Made by a program: the position numbers and the translations under genes | Shown here: piece after piece, positions 26,765 to 35,663 of the stretch | Layout: the number at the start of each line of letters is the position of its first letter | How positions within the stretch are numbered: the first letter of the stretch is position 1 | Notes under the pieces: model-generated | What the model saw: the letters and a program-made list of their open reading frames with translations, nothing else | Database searches by the model: none | What the model was told of the DNA's origin: nothing | From: a virus | Length of the DNA: 64,000 bases | IMG/VR virus record: IMGVR_UViG_3300030110_005581 | Direction: 5' to 3' (one strand)

Positions 26765-28063
26765 TCACCCCACGTAAACCTTCAAAGGAATGAGCTTATT
26801 AATTGTATTAACAGATTCCATAAGGCCGGCATCTTCAGCCATTAATTTGGCATATGTTAGCTCATCTAACGTGGTACGCAACTCTTCGCGTAGCTTTTCT
26901 TGCTCTGCCTGCGCTTGCTGCAACATTGCGGGACCATCTAGGGTTACGCTCTCTCCTGGGATGGGTATTGTTGTAAATTTGCTTCTAACATTTCCTAAAA
27001 TTTCTTTTGATATCGCAAGTGCAAAACGTCGGATCCACTGCTTTCCAATTGCGTTAATGTTTCCATAAGGAAGGTTTTCGTAGGGAAGCGTATTCATATT
27101 ATTAATGCCGTCAATCCCGGATTTGCCGCCGCGGCCGTCCGTATCACTCTCTGTCCAGGGGTCGGAATCAACAAAAAACTCTATCCAATATTTTTTTGGA
27201 CCGCCGGTATAAGAATCAGGGAAAATACGCAACCTATTGTTCTTAATTTCATAGGAGTAGTGAGAATTTCTTGTAAAAATTGCGTCCTCAAAAGCCATTG
27301 CCTGAGATTTGTTTTGCCATGTGGGGATGATTTCAAACGTAGAATCATCTGCCCACTGGCCATAGCTAGCCAGGTTACCCACAGTGTTAATCCCGCCATA
27401 ATAACCATAGAAACGCCACATCGCTTGCGGTGTTTTGTAAAAAACTTTTGTAATATTTATGCGTTTATCACCAACTTGATTATAGAAGGGCAAGCTAGCT
27501 GTTGTTGCAGCGGATGATGAAACAATCTGTTGAAGATCGTAATCTTGCTGACCTGCTACAGCATCGAAAGAAGCCGAATAAATAGCCACCTCACCGCCGA
27601 AGCCGGCCTCTGTTGATACTCCATAGCCAACACGTCGAGAATATGCAAACTCAAACCTTGGAAACTTTAGATTAACATTTTTACCAGCTAAGGCATCTCC
27701 AGTTTGAAGTTGACCGTCGTGATCAAAAGTGCCAGTGTTTGCACCCAGAAGGTCTGACAGCGCATTTTTTGCCTGATGTATGTTTAAGAGGTAAGAATAC
27801 TCCAATACCGCCTCTTCATATGCAGCATAGATATTATTATCCGTCAGTTCAATATCTAAGACATCTCCACCTAGTTTTTTATACGTATAAGAAACCTGTT
27901 CTGCGGCACCAGTACAAAAATACTGAGAGAACAAAGTGGATGTTGTATTAGAATACAAACCAAACGGCAAGTTGGTGTTGTTTTCTACATCAGACGCAAG
28001 ACTGCCTGACGTCAAGACAACTGCACTAACCTGCGAAACTGGATTTAAAGTGGGCAAAGACAT
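26765..28063 (-). CDS. neck/head completion protein (gp13-like)
   Basis: KKLGGDVLDIELT, WIRRFALAISKEILGNVRSKF..IPIPG..VTLDG, PLKVYVG end. Confidence 0.8.
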   Translation of the reverse strand: MSLPTLNPVSQVSAVVLTSGSLASDVENNTNLPFGLYSNTTSTLFSQYFCTGAAEQVSYTYKKLGGDVLDIELTDNNIYAAYEEAVLEYSYLLNIHQAKNALSDLLGANTGTFDHDGQLQTGDALAGKNVNLKFPRFEFAYSRRVGYGVSTEAGFGGEVAIYSASFDAVAGQQDYDLQQIVSSSAATTASLPFYNQVGDKRINITKVFYKTPQAMWRFYGYYGGINTVGNLASYGQWADDSTFEIIPTWQNKSQAMAFEDAIFTRNSHYSYEIKNNRLRIFPDSYTGGPKKYWIEFFVDSDPWTESDTDGRGGKSGIDGINNMNTLPYENLPYGNINAIGKQWIRRFALAISKEILGNVRSKFTTIPIPGESVTLDGPAMLQQAQAEQEKLREELRTTLDELTYAKLMAEDAGLMESVNTINKLIPLKVYVG

Positions 28064-28082
28064 TCAGATATTCTCCTCTTGG

Positions 28083-28090
28083 TAAATAGT
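28083..28090 (-). promoter_or_regulatory. putative late promoter motif ACTATTTA
   Basis: taaatagt 20 nt upstream of the gp13-like ATG. Confidence 0.6.
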
Positions 28091-28115
28091 TAAGATGAGG
28101 ACAAAACACTAAATG

Positions 28116-28397
28116 TTATTTATTTGGTGCTTTTTTAGTTTCGCTTTTCGAAAAAACAGAGCTTAATTTGCTAGGTTTTGATGCCTTTTTAGCTTTTGGG
28201 GCCTCTGCGGCCTTGGGTTGCACTTTTGGCGCAGCCTCTTTCTTAGGTGCTGCAGCTTTTGGTGCAGGAGCAGCTTCTTTCTTAGCAGGGGCCGGCTTTG
28301 GTGCTGGCGCGGGCGCTGGTTTGGCAGCTGCGGCTGCGGCTGCTTGTTTTTTCTTTTGTGCGGCAATAAGTCGCAATCTTTTCTTTTTTCTACCCAT
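28116..28397 (-). CDS. histone H1-like Lys/Ala/Pro-rich basic protein
   Basis: Start MGRKKKR at 28397 with AAGGAG RBS (ORF track starts at 28481); AKPAP/APKK low-complexity repeats; 93 aa. Confidence 0.7.
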   Translation of the reverse strand: MGRKKKRLRLIAAQKKKQAAAAAAAKPAPAPAPKPAPAKKEAAPAPKAAAPKKEAAPKVQPKAAEAPKAKKASKPSKLSSVFSKSETKKAPNK

Positions 28398-28424
28398 GGG
28401 GAAATATCTCCTTGTGTGTTGATA

Positions 28425-28432
28425 TAAATAGT
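28425..28432 (-). promoter_or_regulatory. putative late promoter motif ACTATTTA
   Basis: taaatagt 28 nt upstream of the H1-like ATG, downstream of the MCP terminator. Confidence 0.6.
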
Positions 28433-28512
28433 AATGAAAACTTGAAATCTCAAAAAATTGGCTCCGCAAAATTTCAGCCACCTCAGTTTTTTAAAGCATT
28501 TCTACATTTCAT

Positions 28513-28543
28513 AAAAAAACCCCGGCTTCTTGCGAAGCCGAGG
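28513..28543 (-). terminator. intrinsic terminator after the major capsid gene
   Basis: CCTCGGCTTC-GCAA-GAAGCCGGGG followed by T7. Confidence 0.9.
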
Positions 28544-28570
28544 CTAATAGATTTACCAAACTAAATTAGT

Positions 28571-30400
28571 TTAGCTACCGGATTCACCGAGCAATCCACG
28601 ACAAATGACCAGACCATACATATCAGGTCGGACCATCTTCTTGGCGTATCGGGTCATGACACCCTTACGCGGTACGAAGTCTTCCGTACCGAAGATCGTG
28701 GGAGTGACTTGCAGTGGCACGTAAGGAGCGTACACATAGCCACTCTCAAGGAAGCTATTGCCCTTACGTCCTACAAGTAGCACGTTACGCGGGAAGTAAG
28801 GATCGATGTAAACATCGAACTTCTTACTAATCTGACCAACCTTAACGGCACCAGCAGTTCCCTTGTCTTCATCTACGGCAACGCTTGCGCGGAAACCAGC
28901 AGTGAACTCAAGGATCGAAGCAACTTCAGGGGACGTAACAATAAAGTTTGCGCCACCGCGAAGTGTCTTTCTGTGGATCTGAGCCGAGATGTCGTTAACC
29001 GTTTCCAGAAGTGTTTCATACCACTCGGAAACTGTACCGGTGAAATCAGGAGCCTTTGCCGAAGCACCAACTTCTGTACCAGTGTCTTTGTCAACGAAAA
29101 GACCAGGGCTACGCGACCAGTAGAATTTACCAGCAGTTGCACCTTTGATGAGGTCTTCGAGGATCTCACGATCGATTTCAAGAGCAATTTGCTCCGAAAG
29201 GATCGAGGTAAGCTCAACTTCCGCATCGAGGTTGTGGTAAGCATTGAGGTCTTGACCCAATTCCGGAGTCCACTTGGCCTTGAGCTTCTTGGTGATCGCC
29301 GTGACGGACACGGAATCAACCTTGAGGTCAATTTCAGGGATTCCAGGGTTATTTTCAAGTCCCCAGGAAGTCTGTCCAACAACTGCACCAATTGCATTGT
29401 TGTTTCCTGCAGCGGGTGTACCAGCGAAGTCGTCCGTGATCGGGAACGTGTAGTTCCTACCAGCGACGTTGGTCATGGCAGTTGCAACTTCTTTTGCGGC
29501 CGTGGCAGCCGTCAGGCCGGTTTCTGCGAGTGCAACAACATAAACTGTGCGGTCAGAATTTCCGGACAAGGCCGTCAGGCGACGAGCTTGGCGGATATTG
29601 GCTGCATAAAGACCAGGACCACCAGCGCTTGGCGTATTAGCCGTTCCGGAAACGGTAATGGCTACGAGGTCGTCAAAGTTCATCTGACCTTCGTCTCCAC
29701 TCGTTGCAAAAGCGATTTTTCCAATAGCAAAAGTCGTACCAACGTTGGCTGCTCCGGAAACGAGACCGGGATCATATTGCAAGATTTGTGTGGCTTCCTC
29801 TGTGGTTAGAACGTCGGTTGCACCACTATTGGCTTTATCGTTACCAAATACAACACCTGAGCCGTTCCATGTTCCGGATGCCACAATCGTCGGTGCGACA
29901 ACTTTAGATCCAGTTGGGGACGAGTAGCCGTTGTTCAGGTTGTAGAAACCCAGGGACGCGCTAAGCTTAGTTAAGTCAACACCGCCTGTGATTTCCTGAC
30001 CCACAACTCCTCCACCGTAAAGTGAAGTGCCATCGCGCTGAGCGAGACGACCGGGGGCTCCAGGTGCGAACGTGAAGTCCATGAAGAAAATGAGTCCCGA
30101 GGGGAGGCTCATAGGTTGAACACTCACGAGATCATTTGCAATCAATCCACCGAAAACTCGACGAACGATTGGGAATGCAACAGCAGCGAATCCTTCGACA
30201 TCGCCGGCTGCCATTGTGGAAGCCTCTCTAAGAAGCTCTTTGGCTTGGTTTTCGAGAAGACGAGACATATTTTGCTTCGATCCTTCGCTACCAAGGCCTT
30301 CTAGAAGTCCGGTTTTGCCCCACTTATCAAGCAGTGCAGCGCCTTCTTTCTTCATATCGCGCTTAACGATACCTTCTGTTAATTTTTGAAGTATAGACAT
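28571..30400 (-). CDS. gp23: major capsid protein (T4 gp23-like)
   Basis: VSVQPMSLPSGLIFF, KKLKAKWTPELGQDLNAYHNLDAE.ELTSILSEQIALEIDREIL, YAPYVPL, PRKGVMTRYA; AAGGAGGAG RBS. Confidence 0.97.
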   Translation of the reverse strand: MSILQKLTEGIVKRDMKKEGAALLDKWGKTGLLEGLGSEGSKQNMSRLLENQAKELLREASTMAAGDVEGFAAVAFPIVRRVFGGLIANDLVSVQPMSLPSGLIFFMDFTFAPGAPGRLAQRDGTSLYGGGVVGQEITGGVDLTKLSASLGFYNLNNGYSSPTGSKVVAPTIVASGTWNGSGVVFGNDKANSGATDVLTTEEATQILQYDPGLVSGAANVGTTFAIGKIAFATSGDEGQMNFDDLVAITVSGTANTPSAGGPGLYAANIRQARRLTALSGNSDRTVYVVALAETGLTAATAAKEVATAMTNVAGRNYTFPITDDFAGTPAAGNNNAIGAVVGQTSWGLENNPGIPEIDLKVDSVSVTAITKKLKAKWTPELGQDLNAYHNLDAEVELTSILSEQIALEIDREILEDLIKGATAGKFYWSRSPGLFVDKDTGTEVGASAKAPDFTGTVSEWYETLLETVNDISAQIHRKTLRGGANFIVTSPEVASILEFTAGFRASVAVDEDKGTAGAVKVGQISKKFDVYIDPYFPRNVLLVGRKGNSFLESGYVYAPYVPLQVTPTIFGTEDFVPRKGVMTRYAKKMVRPDMYGLVICRGLLGESGS

Positions 30401-30437
30401 TGTTTTTCTCCTCCTTTATATATAATGAAATTAAGAT

Positions 30438-31976
30438 CTATTCTTTAATTCCGGCAAGAGCTTTCATTCTTACCGCAAAGGGGTCTACCCTTTTTTCCTC
30501 TTTACGAGGCATAAAGGCTGAAGAGCGTTTGGTCACAACTTCGTTCAGTGATTTTGGCTTGCGCTTAAAAGCGTTGGCTCCCACTGCACTTTGAAGAGTT
30601 TCATATATAATTTTTGCTTCTTCAACTGTTTTTGCATCCATAATAGTCTCGACAATTCTATCTTTTTGTCGCTCATTCAACGAGTTGCTATTTAGAACAC
30701 GATTCTGATATAACAACTTGGCGTTTGCCAGGTTGGTTTCATTAAGCTTCTCTTGAAGCTTGTTAATGACTGTGCCATATTTTTCCAGTTTCCCTTCCAG
30801 CAATTGGACTTTTTTGCCAAGAGTTTTTCGCTCTGTAATAAGAGTCTTGTTTTTCTTTTGCAGACTCCTGCCTTCTTGTTGAAGGGCTTTTCGTTCTTTC
30901 ATTTCATACGCAGCATATGCTTCGTACATTTCTTCTGGTGTTTCTTCGAGAAAAGCGGGCACTTGGCCATGACCCTTTTTGCCGTCATCGTTAAGATCTT
31001 CGCCTTCGGGCTCAGCTTTCATCGGCATGGCTTCTTCTTTCATATGGCCCATATAAGTGTCATCGTCGTCGTCGCCGTGCATGCCGTGCATTCCAGTGTT
31101 TTTGTCTGCACCTTCGTACATCTCATCGTCACCTTCATAGAGGTCTTCAGCTTCTTCATAGAGTTCGCTATCAGCTTCCTCCATGAGAATGTCTTTAATC
31201 ATTTTGACAAGATTGCTGCTCTCGTTCACAAAAGCTTCATCACCTTTTTTCTCGCCGCGGCCTTTACCGCTGTGCTTTAGCTTTTCGCCTTTTTTGGTGG
31301 TATCGTCTTTTTCGCCCTTGTGCGTTTTCGATTCATCGCCTTTTCGCATTCCGCCGGCGACGTAATCGCGGTCTTTGGGGTCTTCTTTATCTTTCCCCTT
31401 ATCGCCTTTCGAGGCGCCAGTGTCTTTTGCGCCCGTCTCTTCGAGCATTTCGTCGTAGTGCATTTCTTCGAGCATTTCATCATATTCTTCTTCGAGCATA
31501 TCGTCGTCTCCGTACATTCCTTCGTACATTCCATCTTCGCCCATCTCTTCTTCCACTAATTCCGCACCTTCTAATTCAAATTCTTCTTCCAAATGTTTTG
31601 GATCCATCTCATCTTCCTCCAGTTGATGTCTGATTGTTTCCTCAAGCCTGTCAAGGTCGATGCTGACGAACTTGTTATTACCTGTCGTGGAAGCATAAGG
31701 AAGCTGGTCCACGACGAATTTACCGTTTTGTTTAGTGTTTTTCGGAGCTTTAACATCGATAGCCGGAGCTGCCGTGTCTGCACCTCCAAGATCACCCAAA
31801 CCTCCAAGGTCGCCAAGGTCACCAAGACCAAGGTCCTCTTCTTGCTCCAAGATCATATCGACAGCCTTCTTGATGTCTTTTGAAAAGTGTTCTACGATCT
31901 TTTCTTCTGCGCTTTGACGCGCTGCTTCTTTTAATGATTCTGCATCAACGATTGCTTGTTCTAACATGTTGGACAT
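30438..31976 (-). CDS. gp22: prohead core scaffold protein (gp22-like) with long acidic/charged insertions
   Basis: MLEQAIVDAESLKEAA start (ATG 31976, AAGGAG RBS); C-terminal coiled coil LNETNLANAKLLY.N...AKTVEEAKIIYETL; directly upstream of the MCP. Confidence 0.85.
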   Translation of the reverse strand: MSNMLEQAIVDAESLKEAARQSAEEKIVEHFSKDIKKAVDMILEQEEDLGLGDLGDLGGLGDLGGADTAAPAIDVKAPKNTKQNGKFVVDQLPYASTTGNNKFVSIDLDRLEETIRHQLEEDEMDPKHLEEEFELEGAELVEEEMGEDGMYEGMYGDDDMLEEEYDEMLEEMHYDEMLEETGAKDTGASKGDKGKDKEDPKDRDYVAGGMRKGDESKTHKGEKDDTTKKGEKLKHSGKGRGEKKGDEAFVNESSNLVKMIKDILMEEADSELYEEAEDLYEGDDEMYEGADKNTGMHGMHGDDDDDTYMGHMKEEAMPMKAEPEGEDLNDDGKKGHGQVPAFLEETPEEMYEAYAAYEMKERKALQQEGRSLQKKNKTLITERKTLGKKVQLLEGKLEKYGTVINKLQEKLNETNLANAKLLYQNRVLNSNSLNERQKDRIVETIMDAKTVEEAKIIYETLQSAVGANAFKRKPKSLNEVVTKRSSAFMPRKEEKRVDPFAVRMKALAGIKE

Positions 31977-32008
31977 AGTTCGCTCCTTCAAAAACGGTTT
32001 TCCATCAA

Positions 32009-32016
32009 TAATTAGT
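32009..32016 (-). promoter_or_regulatory. putative late promoter motif ACTAATTA
   Basis: taattagt 33 nt upstream of the scaffold ATG. Confidence 0.55.
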
Positions 32017-32043
32017 AAACCATAAGCGTAAAAGCCGTTTTTT

Positions 32044-32457
32044 TTAGTCGGTTAGACCAGACCCTGTAAGGTGATACATATGCTCATGACCTATGCCAGT
32101 TAAAGAGGCATAAAGCTTGAAGCCACTAGTTGCGGCGCGCCCGTGTACATATATCTCTTTACACTTGACATCGAATGTGTAATTCGTTCCGTCTCCAGAG
32201 AGTTGGAGGTAGTGGTTACCCCCATTGACGTTACCTGCAGATGCAGAATTAAAAGCGACTCCAATAATTGGATTGGTACCAGAGGCGAAAACAGTTACAG
32301 TTTTAGTCACAAAAGGAAAAGTTACTCTAAACTCGACGCCGGCGCCTACTGTCGAGCCCGTAATAAAAGGATGTCCTGATATTTGATATGAACCAACGTT
32401 TCGTAAGCCAACGCCGTGACCTGGATAATTAACACCTGAATTAAGTTTCTGCACCAT
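32044..32457 (-). CDS. hypothetical beta-rich protein (head operon)
   Basis: 137 aa, AAGGAG RBS; GLRNVGSYQISGHPFITGS. Confidence 0.7.
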   Translation of the reverse strand: MVQKLNSGVNYPGHGVGLRNVGSYQISGHPFITGSTVGAGVEFRVTFPFVTKTVTVFASGTNPIIGVAFNSASAGNVNGGNHYLQLSGDGTNYTFDVKCKEIYVHGRAATSGFKLYASLTGIGHEHMYHLTGSGLTD

Positions 32458-32498
32458 TTTTTCTATCTCCTTAGACTATATGTGGCTTTTGTTTTAAT

Positions 32499-32506
32499 TA
32501 ATTAGT
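32499..32506 (-). promoter_or_regulatory. putative late promoter motif ACTAATTA
   Basis: taattagt overlapping the bS21 stop codon. Confidence 0.45.
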
Positions 32507-32729
32507 TGCCCAATTGCTTAATCTTTTCTTTATGAAGTTTTTCTAGAACCTTTTTGCGGCGTGCTTTCTGACGCCTCCTTTTGACAGAGGGCTTTTCATA
32601 GCGCATACGATCCCTACACTCATCAAGAATTTTGCTGTTCTTTACTTTTTTAATAAATCTTTTAATCATTGCGGCGGGATGCTCTCTTTTATCGCGCGGC
32701 TTTACTTCTATGTTAACTACTTTTCCCAT
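32502..32729 (-). CDS. rpsU: ribosomal protein bS21 homologue
   Basis: IEVK...MIKRFIKKVKNSKIL.E.RDRMRYEKPSVKRRRQK matches the bS21 pattern (LRRFKK...RxFYEKPS.RR); AAGGA RBS. Confidence 0.88.
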   Translation of the reverse strand: MGKVVNIEVKPRDKREHPAAMIKRFIKKVKNSKILDECRDRMRYEKPSVKRRRQKARRKKVLEKLHKEKIKQLGN

Positions 32730-32738
32730 GTTATATCC

Positions 32739-33176
32739 TTAAACTAGTTTATCCCATCTTGAGGCCCCCAGGGCCATAATTCCAGTAATATCTACGCCGG
32801 CGTCATTTGGATCGACACCAGCAAGGGCCCCTTGAGCTGGGCCTTCGCTTGGGTCGCCCCCTTTTCGCAGAGGCTCAACACCTTCAAATATCTCATTCCC
32901 AAAACCAGAGGCATCTAATAATTTTCTCTTTCTTTCCTTCAGCATTCTAGCTTTTTCTTCCTGCAACTCTGCGCGCTGCTGTTCTAACAGGGTGGATTGT
33001 TCGCTTCTAGGGGGCGAAGCCTCTACCTGCTGAGTTGTGGATTCAGTTAATATTGGCCCAAACCCAGCCACAACCTCCGACACAACGCGAGAAAGCACAC
33101 CTTCCTCCAGGAGGGCTTCCTTGACGCATTGCTTTACTAGAGGTTTTAGTACTTTTTTTAATTCTGTTTTATCCAT
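32739..33176 (-). CDS. putative prohead core protein (gp67/gp68 position)
   Basis: Located between protease and scaffold; N-terminus ELKKVLKPLVKQCVKEALLEE; LTES/LLEQ sites; coiled coil. Confidence 0.55.
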   Translation of the reverse strand: MDKTELKKVLKPLVKQCVKEALLEEGVLSRVVSEVVAGFGPILTESTTQQVEASPPRSEQSTLLEQQRAELQEEKARMLKERKRKLLDASGFGNEIFEGVEPLRKGGDPSEGPAQGALAGVDPNDAGVDITGIMALGASRWDKLV

Positions 33177-33179
33177 TTG

Positions 33180-33815
33180 TCACCTTGTAAAAATATCATT
33201 CAAAGCGCGATTAATTCTATCGCCCTTTGTAAAGATTTTTGATAATCCTTTTTCTAGACTCTCATACATGTTAATTTTTTGATCGAGAATATAAGCATTT
33301 GGCGCAGAAGGCTCACTAACGGCATCAAAACAAATTAACTGTAGGTCTTCCTGCACCATTTGAGCGTTTGTGCCTTTTGGGCACGGGCCAAGTGATCCAA
33401 GGGCCCTGGAAGAAAAGCCAAATTTAACACCACTATTATATAAACCCTCTAGAATTTGACCAGCAGGGGTCTTTAAACATTGTACAACCCCAATTACATC
33501 GTCACCTTCCCACCAGATTCTAACTACCTTGTGGGAAGCGTTTTTAAGATTAATCACGCTATCATCGGGATGATCACATTCGCCAATCGCTCTTCCTTCA
33601 GCAACCATTTTAGCATAGTTTTCAATCTCTCTCTCCAAGACGCGTCGGCCATACACACGGCCATTGCCGTTTTGTACATCGCACTGTTGGAGCTTGGCGG
33701 GAAACAGTAAGAATCCGTTATTTATGAGTTTTTTCTCACCCTCATTTAAAAGATCTTTGCAGCCTCGCTCATCACATTTTAATTCATAATATTCTCTTAA
33801 GAGTGCTTTTGACAT
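33180..33815 (-). CDS. gp21: prohead maturation protease (gp21-like)
   Basis: NGNGRVY, GECDHPD, NASH, TPAGQIL, GFSSRALGS, FDAVSEPSAPNA. Confidence 0.93.
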   Translation of the reverse strand: MSKALLREYYELKCDERGCKDLLNEGEKKLINNGFLLFPAKLQQCDVQNGNGRVYGRRVLEREIENYAKMVAEGRAIGECDHPDDSVINLKNASHKVVRIWWEGDDVIGVVQCLKTPAGQILEGLYNSGVKFGFSSRALGSLGPCPKGTNAQMVQEDLQLICFDAVSEPSAPNAYILDQKINMYESLEKGLSKIFTKGDRINRALNDIFTR

Positions 33816-33816
33816 T

Positions 33817-33909
33817 CTATTTTTTCCTTATGGCGGCCGCTAGCCGCACGATACAAGATCCGCTGCAGCAACGGCGAACGGGTTGTAGTTTCCATTTTTT
33901 AATTGACAT
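33817..33909 (-). CDS. unannotated 30-aa basic Cys-rich peptide MSIKKWKLQPVRRCCSGSCIVRLAAAIRKK
   Basis: ATG 33909 with GAGGGAG RBS, TAG at 33817-33819; fills the whole gap between the membrane protein and the protease (1 nt before the protease ATG). Confidence 0.6.
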   Translation of the reverse strand: MSIKKWKLQPVRRCCSGSCIVRLAAAIRKK

Positions 33910-34228
33910 GACAGTCTCCCTCGTTTTTAAAAGTTATTTTAAAGCCAAAATCGTTAATTAAAACGCTTAATAAGTAACTAGTTCCGGAACTTAAAGATCC
34001 TAGTATTAATCCATTTGCAACATTATGTTCAAATGTAAATAGTTCCGTATAATCATTAATTCCAAACAAAAAAACGCCCACCCAAAAGCCCATGCACATG
34101 GGGCAGTGAAACAGCTTACAGAAGCCCCCAAGGGCACTTTTGGGCGGTCGTATTTTATTAAAGATGGACCCAAACACTATGATTTGAGTCATGCCATATG
34201 CGGCTAATATAAAATATAATAAATCCAT
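33899..34228 (-). CDS. small multi-pass membrane protein with CxxC (DUF1360-like)
   Basis: Three hydrophobic segments; LFHCPMCMGFWVG motif. Confidence 0.65.
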   Translation of the reverse strand: MDLLYFILAAYGMTQIIVFGSIFNKIRPPKSALGGFCKLFHCPMCMGFWVGVFLFGINDYTELFTFEHNVANGLILGSLSSGTSYLLSVLINDFGFKITFKNEGDCHVN

Positions 34229-34242
34229 CTAAAGCCTATATC

Positions 34243-34848
34243 TTAATAACCGCCGCGGCCAAACATGCCATACTGTGCGGGGTACCCTGTGTATTGATTT
34301 ACAGTTCCCTGATGCTTTTGGTGTGGCACTTCTCCAAGCTCAGTTGAATCTTTTTCGTTAGGATCGAGAAGTTCTTTCTCAAACTCAACTCTATATTGTT
34401 GTGCTGCCAAGTAGTGTGGCTTCTCCTCCAAAAGAAATGCAACCACAGTATACAGAGACATTTGAATTGGATCGATTTTTGCTGGCTCTAGTGGCGTCAG
34501 AAGCTTGCCCTCTAGTGAGCCAAACACATTGCCTCCATGCACAGTTGATGGATCAACGACGCCTACGCGAGTAAGGTGTTCAAAAAGTCTAGATTGGGTA
34601 GCATAGACATGATCACCGTATTGATTTTTCGAAAGTGCAACAACCTTGTTCTTTGCAGGCGAAAGGACAATATCTATTTCTGGGTGGTCAATAATTAATA
34701 TATTGCCGTCCATTGTTTTCCTGGCCTTTAAGTTGACCTTTGCAGCAATTGGATTTTCAACAGTAACTTTAAAACTAGCAACTGTAGGGGGAGGCACATC
34801 TAGTGCAACTCCCTTATTATCTATGATTTTTACGCTGATGTCGGCCAT
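34243..34848 (-). CDS. hypothetical protein (head operon)
   Basis: 201-aa co-oriented ORF; TAATG coupling to the upstream gene. Confidence 0.7.
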   Translation of the reverse strand: MADISVKIIDNKGVALDVPPPTVASFKVTVENPIAAKVNLKARKTMDGNILIIDHPEIDIVLSPAKNKVVALSKNQYGDHVYATQSRLFEHLTRVGVVDPSTVHGGNVFGSLEGKLLTPLEPAKIDPIQMSLYTVVAFLLEEKPHYLAAQQYRVEFEKELLDPNEKDSTELGEVPHQKHQGTVNQYTGYPAQYGMFGRGGY

Positions 34849-35663
34849 TAGCTTTGTACCTCCGAGACAACCGTTTGCACCTTAAGAATTGATTGTAACA
34901 TATCTTTGTCAATTGGTTTAGAGCTAAATGATTCTAAAAGCTCTTCCACCTTTTGCATCTTTTGTTTCATGTTTGCATCTTTGTTTAGTTCTTCTAAATC
35001 ATAGGAACCCTTGACTGCTTCTCTTAGGCGAGATATTTCTTCGTTTAAGAACATCTTTAAGTCTACCCCATTGTCTAAAAACGAAAGAATGTATTTATTT
35101 AGAAGCTCTTTTTGGGACTCTACTAAGGTTTTCCCATATTTGCCATTGAACCTCTCAATAAATTTATTAACAACCAAGTTGCTTACTTTATCATTTTTGG
35201 TCTTTTGTGCGGCTTTGTGAGAGATGTTTGTGAGAACTTTCTCTTCCAACATCACTCGATTTTTGATGCTTATATCTTCTCCAAAAATTTGAGAAAGGGT
35301 GGCGATATCTCTGTAGTTTGGCACAAAATTAGAAAACACTGATTTTGAAATCTCTTTATTTATTTTCTTAATCAGCGCAGATTGCTCAGAAAAGATTTTC
35401 TTTTCATCTAGTAGTTTATATTCTTTTTTGGCTTCTTGTATCAGCCTTTCCCCAACTCTCGCCGGGATGTTTCTCGTCTCTAAGAGGGATTTAAACAAGC
35501 GCAGCTCTTTGCCAATTTCGCTTTGTGGAGTGAAAGACTCTTTTATAATTGAGATAACCCTATTTCTAATATCTGAATTTCCATTAATTGTGCGCTTAAC
35601 GACCTCTCGAACGAGCGCTTCATATAGGAATGCTGTATTTCTTTTTTTATTGTGTTTCGACAT
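34848..35663 (-). CDS. hypothetical helical protein (head operon, possible core protein)
   Basis: 271 aa, HNKKRNTAFLYEALVRE start, many LxE sites; overlaps the portal 3' end. Confidence 0.7.
   Translation of the reverse strand: MSKHNKKRNTAFLYEALVREVVKRTINGNSDIRNRVISIIKESFTPQSEIGKELRLFKSLLETRNIPARVGERLIQEAKKEYKLLDEKKIFSEQSALIKKINKEISKSVFSNFVPNYRDIATLSQIFGEDISIKNRVMLEEKVLTNISHKAAQKTKNDKVSNLVVNKFIERFNGKYGKTLVESQKELLNKYILSFLDNGVDLKMFLNEEISRLREAVKGSYDLEELNKDANMKQKMQKVEELLESFSSKPIDKDMLQSILKVQTVVSEVQS

Noticed and set aside
19518-28432. T4 late promoter TATAAATA at 19518, 22072 and 28423
   Set aside because: Present only on the non-coding strand; treated instead as the reverse complement of the CTATTTA motif.
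28973-29809. 278-aa plus-strand ORF opposite the major capsid gene
   Set aside because: Antisense shadow of a highly biased (RNY-type) coding sequence; no RBS or recognisable motif.
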